Sequence record: NC_047890.1
Source of the DNA: Escherichia phage PGT2
DNA: 42,686 nucleotides
Direction: 5' to 3' (one strand)
The first letter of the stretch is position 1. Each line of letters opens with the position of its first letter. The position numbers and the translations under genes were made by a program. Under the pieces are notes generated by a model. It was given only the letters and a program-made list of their open reading frames with translations. It searched no databases and had not been told where the DNA came from. This document shows, piece by piece, positions 35,754-42,686 of this stretch.

Positions 35754-38516
35754 ATGGCTATTACGTTTTATGCTACCAACAACTTCACTGGTGATGGTAC
35801 TACCGTAAACTGGAATATTAACTTCGCAGACGGTTATATCGACATCACCACCGTGAAGGCGCGGTATCTGGATAATACCGGGAGCTACGTTGACATCGCT
35901 ATTTCAAGCGTGGCAGGAAACGTAGTAACCATTTCCCCGGCTGTGGCGGACGGTCAGGAGTTCCAAATCTATCGTGATACAGAGAAGCGGTTCCCGCTGG
36001 TGGACTTCTCTGACGGTGCAATCCTCAACGAGACTAACCTTGACACGCTGGCTACTCAAGCTGTGATGGTGTCTGCTGAGGCATTCGACCAGTCTAACAA
36101 CGGTGTGCGTATCGCAGGTGATTCCTTGGTTGTTGCACAGGGTATCGACGCCAAGGCACAGGAAGCTCTGGACAACTCCGAGGCTGCTGTAGCTACAGCG
36201 AACGGTATCGACGGTAAAGCGCAGACGGCATTGAATACCGCCGCCGCCGCTGTCGCCACGGCTAATGCTGCCACATCTACTGCTGCTGGTGCTGTATCTA
36301 CGGCCAACACCGCACTGTCTACTGCCCACGATGCCGCCGATGACGCAGCTACCGCTATCACTACCGCTAACGGCGCTGTGATTACGGCCAATGCTGCAAC
36401 CACTACGGCCAACGCCGCTAGTGCTGCCGCCTCTGCTGCAACGACTACTGCGAACAGTGCTGCAAACGACGCTGCTACTGCTGTGTCTACTGCGGGTACG
36501 GCCTTGTCTACTGCGAACACCGCATCTACCAACGCCTCTACCGCTGTGTCCACGGCTAACGGCGCTAAGGCTACTGCTGAGGGTATCGAGGCTAAAGCGG
36601 ATTCTGCTTTGGCAGCCTCTGCTACCGCTGTGTCCACAGCTAACTCAGCCGAGGCTACGGCCAACGCTATCGACGGTAAGGCTACGGACGCATTAGACAC
36701 TGCCGACTCCGCTGTGGCTACGGCTAACGCTGCTGTTTCTACGGCTAACTCTGCTACTGCTACGGCTAATGCTGCCTCTTCTACTGCGAGTTCGGCTGCC
36801 TCTGACGCCAGTACCGCCTTGAGCACAGCTAATGCTATTGACGCAAAGGCACAGACTGCTTTGGATAATACCACGGCTCTGGATGCGGCCACCATGAAGA
36901 AAGCCGCCAACTTATCTGATATTGCGGATAAGGCGGCTGCATGGCTTAACGTCCGTCCTATTGGCTCCACGCCATTGGCAGGCGACCCGGTAGGGGATTA
37001 CGATGCTGTTACTAAGCGTTGGGTAGAGAACCTGATTAACACAGGTACTGTCGGTCCAACCATGAACGGGGTGATGAACTTCGGCGTCGGTGACTTCCAT
37101 CTCCGGGATAGCCGCGCGTACATCCAGCCTTATGAGGTTGTCTCTGACGGTCAGTTACTGAACCGCGCTGACTGGCCTGAACTTTGGGCCTACGCCCAAA
37201 TGCTGTCGCCTATAACGGATGCAGCTTGGTTGGCAGACCCTCTCAAGCGCGGCGCTTACTCTACCGGAAACGGAACCACTACCTTCCGAGTACCGGATAG
37301 GAACGGTGTTCAGTCAGGCTCTGTAAGGGCGCTTTTTGGGCGTGGTGACGGTGGGAACTCTTCTATCGGCAGTACCATCATGGAGTCCTTCGTACCGAAT
37401 ATCACGGCTACGTTAAATATGCACGGTGCTGGTCCCGCATCAGAACCTGCCGCTGGTACTAACGTGGCAGGATTTGGTGGTGCCTTGGTTGCTACGGGAG
37501 AGGCTCTCCCGAGATACCTGCGTGGGGTTACTCTGTTATCTGCTGGTGGTAACTCCTATGGTGGAGCTACCTTCGATGCCTCCCGTTCCAGTGCTGCTTA
37601 TGGTCGTGGTGGTCTGACTACGGATGAGGTTCTGCCGCGTAACTTCACTGGTGTATGGGTAATTCGTGCATCTGGCGGCTTCGTAGCGGCTAATACGCAG
37701 TGGCAGGTTATAAACCAAGATGCGACTAGGCCCGGTAACGGTACTGCCGTCTTAGGTGGTAATATTGTATCTGAGTACCGCGTTGGTGGTGCCTTGGAGG
37801 GTACAGCAAACTTCCGTATGGCGGGTACTATCGATGGTTCGTATGGCGCGCGCATTGCTGTTTATAATGCCACATCTTTAAATGGCGCCAGCTTCGATTT
37901 TACAGAGCACGGGAACATAGAGACTCCCCTTGGTAGGGCTATTGTTATAGGCAACTATGGTATAGGTTCGCAAGCAGATGCTATACCTACTTCGAGGGAT
38001 AACGCATTTATCTCTAACGCTGATAGTAATAGTTCTTGGTCTGCTTCTAACGGGGGTGGCTTTCAAATTACATATGCAGCTAACCGTATCGTCCAGTTCT
38101 GGGTAAGTCAAGGTGGTACTACGGCTTATTTCCGTGCTAATAGCACAGACAGTAACCCCCAACGACCGAAGTCTGCATCTCCTTGGGTCACACTCCAGAA
38201 TGCTGGTACTTCGGACGCTAATGTAAAAACCGTCCTCGGTGACTTAGACTTATCTATACCGTTGAGTAATATCAACGCACTGGAGTTTAAGAAATTCCGC
38301 TACAACAAGGATGGTGAGGATGGCCCGGTTCGACGGGGCATTATCGCGCAGCAGGCGCAGAATGTGGACCCGGAGTACGTACATTCTGCGGATAAGTCCG
38401 GGGTTATGACTCTTGATAGTAACCCGCTGCTGTTGGATGCTCTAGCTGCTGTCAAAGCACTATCTGCTAAAGTGGCCGCTCTGGAAGAGCGTATTGATGA
38501 ACTAACTTCTCAGTAA
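35754..38516 (+). CDS. Tail fiber protein: T7 gp17-like N-terminal adaptor, Ala/Thr/Ser-rich repeat shaft, C-terminal intramolecular chaperone domain
   Basis: N-terminus LVDFSDGAILNETNLDTLATQAVMVSAEA parallels T7 gp17 [29 protein letters not shown]; C-terminus GIIAQQAQ...LAAVKALSAKVAALEERIDELT is chaperone-like; ORF track start 35742 is a TTG. Confidence 0.8.
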   Translation: MAITFYATNNFTGDGTTVNWNINFADGYIDITTVKARYLDNTGSYVDIAISSVAGNVVTISPAVADGQEFQIYRDTEKRFPLVDFSDGAILNETNLDTLATQAVMVSAEAFDQSNNGVRIAGDSLVVAQGIDAKAQEALDNSEAAVATANGIDGKAQTALNTAAAAVATANAATSTAAGAVSTANTALSTAHDAADDAATAITTANGAVITANAATTTANAASAAASAATTTANSAANDAATAVSTAGTALSTANTASTNASTAVSTANGAKATAEGIEAKADSALAASATAVSTANSAEATANAIDGKATDALDTADSAVATANAAVSTANSATATANAASSTASSAASDASTALSTANAIDAKAQTALDNTTALDAATMKKAANLSDIADKAAAWLNVRPIGSTPLAGDPVGDYDAVTKRWVENLINTGTVGPTMNGVMNFGVGDFHLRDSRAYIQPYEVVSDGQLLNRADWPELWAYAQMLSPITDAAWLADPLKRGAYSTGNGTTTFRVPDRNGVQSGSVRALFGRGDGGNSSIGSTIMESFVPNITATLNMHGAGPASEPAAGTNVAGFGGALVATGEALPRYLRGVTLLSAGGNSYGGATFDASRSSAAYGRGGLTTDEVLPRNFTGVWVIRASGGFVAANTQWQVINQDATRPGNGTAVLGGNIVSEYRVGGALEGTANFRMAGTIDGSYGARIAVYNATSLNGASFDFTEHGNIETPLGRAIVIGNYGIGSQADAIPTSRDNAFISNADSNSSWSASNGGGFQITYAANRIVQFWVSQGGTTAYFRANSTDSNPQRPKSASPWVTLQNAGTSDANVKTVLGDLDLSIPLSNINALEFKKFRYNKDGEDGPVRRGIIAQQAQNVDPEYVHSADKSGVMTLDSNPLLLDALAAVKALSAKVAALEERIDELTSQ
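36100..36900. repeat. Imperfect tandem codon repeats (STAN/ATAN units) inside the tail fiber gene
   Basis: About 16 copies of nCyACnGCnAAy (encoding x-T-A-N) at roughly 7-, 11- and 14-residue spacing. Confidence 0.7.
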
Positions 38517-38525
38517 GGAGAGCCG

Positions 38526-38897
38526 ATGTCCGACTTCGAAGAAGAGGATGTCACACAGGAAGAGAACGGGTCTTCGGACCTGTTCAAACCCTTAGAGACT
38601 ATCCCCGGCGCTACCGCCAACCGGGACCAGATGGCAGAGCTACACCAGCTTATCTGCATCGCCCTGTCCGCACGTATCCGGGCAGGTATCTGGTCCTCCG
38701 GCGATATTGCCGCAGCTACAAAGTTCCTGAAGGACAACAACGTTACTGCCGATGTTGGCGACAACAAGGCACTCCAGAAACTACGCGATGAGATGGAAAC
38801 TAAGCAGAAGGCACGTCGTGAAGAACGGACGTATCTCTCTGAGCAAGAACTCGTCAAACTCGCAACGGAAGAACTGAATAACGAGATATGGCACTAA
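38526..38897 (+). CDS. Terminase small subunit (putative)
   Basis: Small acidic protein directly upstream of and overlapping the large terminase gene; strong SD aaggagag; assigned by synteny. Confidence 0.55.
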   Translation: MSDFEEEDVTQEENGSSDLFKPLETIPGATANRDQMAELHQLICIALSARIRAGIWSSGDIAAATKFLKDNNVTADVGDNKALQKLRDEMETKQKARREERTYLSEQELVKLATEELNNEIWH

Positions 38898-40696
38898 GAG
38901 AATCAGCAGAAAGAGAAGAACAGCGGTTACTTGAACTCGCAGCACTGCGGGACATGTACCCCACGTTCCTACCGTTTCTGATTGATTTCATGGTGATGCT
39001 CGGATTCTTCGTCACCCCGGTACAGAAGCTCATTGCTCAATTCCTTGAGTACGGGCCTCTGTACCGGATGGTGCAGGCCCAGCGTGGCCAAGCGAAGACT
39101 ACCATCACAGCCGCATATGCAATCTGGCGACTTATCCACGATACCAACCTTGCCGTGTTAATCGTCTCGGCAGGGGGCAAGCAGGCGAACGAGATTTCAA
39201 CCCTCATCGTCCGCTCATTCAAAACGTGGGATAAGCTGGCCTGCATGTGTCCTGACGCCTCTATGGGCGACCGTGAGTCAGTCGAAGCATTCGACGTTCA
39301 CTACAACTTAAAGAGGCTGAATAAATCTCCGTCCGTGGCCTGTACTGGCATCACGGGTAACTTGCAGGGTAAACGTGCGGGTCTGCTTATCGCGGACGAC
39401 GTTGAGTCCCAGAAGAACTCCCTGACTGCGGTCATGCGTGAGAACCTTCTGAACCTGACTCGTGACTTTACCTCCATCTGCTCCACCGGGGATATTATCT
39501 ACCTCGGTACACCGCAGACTACAGAATCAATTTATAACACCCTGCCGGGGCGTGGCTTTACTGTCCGCATCTGGCCGGGACGTTTCCCTACCGCAGAGCA
39601 GGTGGAAGCCTACGGCGACCAGCTATGCCCTGTCTTTAGGATGAAGATTGCTTCACGCCCTGACCTGACTACAGGCTACGGGCCGGATGGGCTTCAGGGT
39701 GCTCCGGTTGACCCTGTAATCCTCGGCGAAGCCTTCCTGAACAAGAAAGAGATTGACCAAGGAACTGCATACTTCCAGTTGCAGCACATGCTTCAGACGC
39801 GCCTGATGGATGCTATGCGCAAGCCATTACACGCAGAGAAGCTGATTGTGGCCCAACTGCCGAAGCGTGACGGTCTGTTCCCTATCACCATTACGCGAGA
39901 AATCTCTGTACAAGCCTACATGCGCCGAAACGTCCTGAGCAAGCCTCTGGTATTCGGTGTGCCCGGTAGCGTGTCTAAGGACGTCGCTACGCTTCAGGGC
40001 GTATGCTTCTACATCGACCCTGCTGGTGGTGGTAAGAACGCGGATGAAACTGCATTCGCTTGTACCGGGTTCCTGAACTCCAATATCTTCCTACTGGATT
40101 GGGGCGGCTTACCGGGCGGATATGCCCCGGATGTTATGTCCGCTCTCGCTCAACGTGTGTTTGATGTACGGCCCAATGTTGTCAAAATCGAAAAGAACTT
40201 CGGTTACGGCGCATTCCGCGAAGTATGGTTGCCGTACCTCTGGGCCATTTATGATAAAGCTGGTGTTAACCGTCCCGGCGTAGAGGACGATATGGTACAC
40301 GGCCAGAAGGAGAAGCGAATCATTGATACGCTTGAGCCTGTAATGGGTCGTGGCTCGCTTATTGTTGACGAGCGTCTCATCAAGGAAGACGAAGACCAAA
40401 CCATGCGGTACAGCGCACAAATGCGTGTGACGTACTCCGGGTTCCTACAGATGGTTAATATCTCCTACGACAAAGATGCGTTGGTGCATGATGACCGACT
40501 GGATGCTTTGGAAGGAGCGGTTCGTCATTGGCAGGATTGGCTTGCCAAGAACCAAGAGAAGGCCATTCAGGCTCAACGGAAACGTGAGTTCGAAGAGTGG
40601 CAGAAAGACCCTATGATGAAGAAGCGTTGTCAGTCCGTGAAGGAATACAATGCTGGTCGTCGTGGTAAAACCATGTTTGATAAGAGAAAACGCTAA
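38888..40696 (+). CDS. Terminase large subunit
   Basis: LAVLIVSAGGKQ, SPSVACTGITGNLQGKRAGLLIADDVESQKNS, IIYLGTPQT and ALVHDDRLDALEGA match the corresponding T7 gp19 segments. Confidence 0.9.
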   Translation: MALRESAEREEQRLLELAALRDMYPTFLPFLIDFMVMLGFFVTPVQKLIAQFLEYGPLYRMVQAQRGQAKTTITAAYAIWRLIHDTNLAVLIVSAGGKQANEISTLIVRSFKTWDKLACMCPDASMGDRESVEAFDVHYNLKRLNKSPSVACTGITGNLQGKRAGLLIADDVESQKNSLTAVMRENLLNLTRDFTSICSTGDIIYLGTPQTTESIYNTLPGRGFTVRIWPGRFPTAEQVEAYGDQLCPVFRMKIASRPDLTTGYGPDGLQGAPVDPVILGEAFLNKKEIDQGTAYFQLQHMLQTRLMDAMRKPLHAEKLIVAQLPKRDGLFPITITREISVQAYMRRNVLSKPLVFGVPGSVSKDVATLQGVCFYIDPAGGGKNADETAFACTGFLNSNIFLLDWGGLPGGYAPDVMSALAQRVFDVRPNVVKIEKNFGYGAFREVWLPYLWAIYDKAGVNRPGVEDDMVHGQKEKRIIDTLEPVMGRGSLIVDERLIKEDEDQTMRYSAQMRVTYSGFLQMVNISYDKDALVHDDRLDALEGAVRHWQDWLAKNQEKAIQAQRKREFEEWQKDPMMKKRCQSVKEYNAGRRGKTMFDKRKR

Positions 40697-40920
40697 TGAC
40701 TATTGCTGCACAACTCCCAGACCCGAAGCTCGACGTTAAGGGCGACCGACTGCGTTTCCTGTTGGCCGCTTGTATCAGCGAGTGTAATATCCAAGCAGAC
40801 AACGGTGCGTATGATAAAGGCACCAGCTTCAAAGCCCTGCTTACTGCCGCTGCTGCACTCGTGAAGGTAGCTCCGGTAGAACCTGAAGACCCGGAAGACC
40901 CTGAAAACCCGGGAGAATAA
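40696..40920 (+). CDS. Hypothetical protein (74 aa)
   Basis: ATG overlapping the terminase stop; acidic Pro/Glu-rich C-terminus. Confidence 0.45.
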   Translation: MTIAAQLPDPKLDVKGDRLRFLLAACISECNIQADNGAYDKGTSFKALLTAAAALVKVAPVEPEDPEDPENPGE

Positions 40921-40957
40921 TACAATTGGCCAAGGACGGCTATTGAGGAACCTATTT

Positions 40958-41245
40958 ATGCGTATCGACGACATCTGTTCACCCGGTTTTGTACCTAACT
41001 CCCACCGCCTTCGTCAGGAGACTGTCCGGGCTATTGCTTTCTGTGAAACCATAGGAAGCGCTGAGAAGGCCGTAGAGCTACAAAAATACTTTCGTGAGGC
41101 TATCGAATACCTTGACCGAGAAATCGTCTCCAGCGGCTTGCCAGAGAGCGAGAAGCCTATTGTGGATGCTGATGCTGTGTCACCATTCGCTGAGGAAGAA
41201 GTTGTGGCCGAACCGAAACCTAAAGCCAAAGGAGGCAAGAAGTGA
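40958..41245 (+). CDS. Hypothetical protein (95 aa)
   Basis: ATG at 40958 with SD gaggaa at 8-nt spacing (ORF track start 40943 is a TTG). Confidence 0.5.
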   Translation: MRIDDICSPGFVPNSHRLRQETVRAIAFCETIGSAEKAVELQKYFREAIEYLDREIVSSGLPESEKPIVDADAVSPFAEEEVVAEPKPKAKGGKK

Positions 41246-41694
41246 ATCTGACCGCAGCGGAGAAGTTAGTTCGACATTTTGAGGGTCTGAAGTTGGAATC
41301 GTACCTGTGTCCTGCTGGTATATGGACTATCGGGTACGGGCAGACCAAGGGTATTAAGAAAGGCATGGTGTGGACCAAGGCTCAGGCCGAGGCAGATATG
41401 TCTGCCACTGTCCGGCGCTTTGCCGAAGAAGTACGTCAACTGGTCCGCAAGGATACGACCGACGCTGAACTGAGCGCATTCACATCTCTGGCCTATAACA
41501 TCGGTACTCCGAACTTTAAGACGTCCTCTGCTCTGCGTTGGCATAATGCCCGTGAGTCCGCGTCCAAGGTATGTGCTGGTATCCGTATGTGGAACAAGGC
41601 CACCGTCAATGGCAAGAAGATTATCCTGAAAGGTCTGGTACGTCGCCGAGAGGCTGAATGCTCCGTATATACAACTGGAGACTTTAATGAATAA
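41242..41694 (+). CDS. Endolysin, phage lysozyme family (GH24 / T4-lysozyme-like)
   Basis: Motif EGLKLESYLCPAGIWTIGYGQT (Glu-8aa-Cys-5aa-Thr arrangement); GTG start with SD ggagg at 6-nt spacing; no N-terminal hydrophobic segment. Confidence 0.75.
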   Translation: MNLTAAEKLVRHFEGLKLESYLCPAGIWTIGYGQTKGIKKGMVWTKAQAEADMSATVRRFAEEVRQLVRKDTTDAELSAFTSLAYNIGTPNFKTSSALRWHNARESASKVCAGIRMWNKATVNGKKIILKGLVRRREAECSVYTTGDFNE

Positions 41695-41857
41695 ATTTAA
41701 GCAATATCTGGGTGCCGCATGGGATTTCACCAAGGAACATGGTGTTACTATCCTGCGTGGTGTGGCTGTCCTCCTTGTAGGTCGTAAGGTTGGTCGCGTT
41801 GCCAACCAGTCCGCCGATGTACTTGATACGGTCATCAAAGGGACTAAGAAGAATTAA
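41687..41857 (+). CDS. Small protein (56 aa) with one short hydrophobic segment; possible lysis accessory protein
   Basis: ATG overlaps the endolysin stop; translation MNKFKQYLGAAWDFTKEHGVTILRGVAVLLVGRKVGRVANQSADVLDTVIKGTKKN; below the 60-aa ORF cutoff. Confidence 0.3.
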   Translation: MNKFKQYLGAAWDFTKEHGVTILRGVAVLLVGRKVGRVANQSADVLDTVIKGTKKN

Positions 41858-41866
41858 AGGATAGCC

Positions 41867-42250
41867 ATGTTCGAAGGCACCGGGAACTACGGTTCCCTTG
41901 TGACCACCCTCCTTACGGGAGCAGTGGCGGCTCAAACCTCTTATCAGGTATCCCGTATAGTCACACATGATTCTCTGTTATTAGTTGGCATCCTCTGCGT
42001 CATCGGTATCGTGGTAGGTCTGGGTCATGCTCTCTCAAGCAAGTCCCCTCTCCCATTCCGCCGTATCGTAGGCAAGGTGCTTATGTCTACTGGCGTGGCC
42101 GTTACAGCCGCTGCTGTTTATTACTTCAAACCAAGTACCGACCCGTTAGTCGTCATTGCCATTGGCGCTGGGTTAAGCGTCATGGGTTCTGGCTGGCTGG
42201 AAGAGTTCGTCCGTAACAGAACAGGAACCAAGAAGGATGATGGTAGTTAA
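41867..42250 (+). CDS. Multi-pass membrane protein, putative holin
   Basis: Three to four hydrophobic segments and a charged C-terminal tail EEFVRNRTGTKKDDGS; SD aagga at 6-nt spacing; adjacent to endolysin. Confidence 0.55.
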   Translation: MFEGTGNYGSLVTTLLTGAVAAQTSYQVSRIVTHDSLLLVGILCVIGIVVGLGHALSSKSPLPFRRIVGKVLMSTGVAVTAAAVYYFKPSTDPLVVIAIGAGLSVMGSGWLEEFVRNRTGTKKDDGS

Positions 42251-42402
42251 AAGCTCTCACAAGCTCTACAACGCTCTCAAGGACGAGAGCAGTACGATGT
42301 TACCACCTGACCCTGATTAGATGCCTGATGACTTCATTAGCACGTTTTAAGTTGATTCCTGATTACGTGGTTAGCTAGTCCACAGAGGGCAGTCCTAAAA
42401 TT

Positions 42403-42411
42403 TGATATAAT
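42403..42411 (+). promoter_or_regulatory. Extended -10 promoter element (TGaTATAAT) facing the right terminal repeat
   Basis: tg at 42403-42404 and perfect tataat at 42406-42411; no good -35, which extended -10 promoters can lack. Confidence 0.35.
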
Positions 42412-42426
42412 TTTGTGAGGGGGCAG

Positions 42427-42686
42427 TCCAACACAAATGAGGTCGCGTTTCCCCCGTAGGCCCGGCCTTCTGGATGGCTAAATGGCTGGATGGATGGATG
42501 GCTGGACGGCTAGACGTTTAGACGGCTAAATGGCCAAATGACCGTAAAAAGGGCCGTGGGCACTGATAGGGTCAATCGGGCTGTAAGCCACGCCAACCGG
42601 GGTTTCCGCACATTACTTTATAAGAGAGCTTGTAAGGTGTCTGGCGGCGATCCGTCTACGACGGGAGAAGGAAAGAGACGTGGGGT
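42427..42686. repeat. Right direct terminal repeat (DTR), 260 bp
   Basis: Exact copy of 1-260. Confidence 0.9.

Noticed and set aside
36056-36970. 304-aa Ala-rich ORF on the minus strand
   Set aside because: It is the reverse complement of the Ala/Thr codon repeats in the tail fiber gene (GCN read backwards gives NGC); low complexity, no RBS, and embedded in a well-supported + strand gene.
40696-40920. Possible outer-membrane spanin (lipobox-like LAAC in the 74-aa product)
   Set aside because: No hydrophobic signal-peptide core precedes the Cys, so the lipobox resemblance is probably coincidental.

Overview
The window appears to be a complete linear dsDNA podophage genome of the T7 supergroup (Autographiviridae-like), about 42.4 kb of unique sequence bounded by exact 260-bp direct terminal repeats (1-260 = 42427-42686). 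All convincing genes are on the + strand, in the order: terminal repeat, sigma70-like early promoter cluster, small early ORFs of unknown function, DNA metabolism (primase, HNH, helicase, HD hydrolase, family A DNA polymerase, acidic-tail protein, 5'-3' exonuclease, endonuclease VII, metallophosphoesterase, HNH, dNMP kinase, RNA polymerase), structural module (portal, scaffold, capsid, tail tubular A/B, three internal virion proteins, tail fiber), terminase small/large, and lysis genes. RNA polymerase sits directly upstream of the structural module, as in phiKMV-type phages. The most unusual observation is that the RNA polymerase ORF stops about 50 residues after motif B: no motif C or C-terminal segment is found in any frame. 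It is followed by a strong terminator, an AT-rich island carrying a second copy of a 28-bp element otherwise found in the terminal repeat, and an unrecognised 143-aa ORF. Functional calls rest on motifs read directly from the translations and on remembered T7 protein sequences; no database search or computation was run. Host and genus cannot be assigned from sequence alone.
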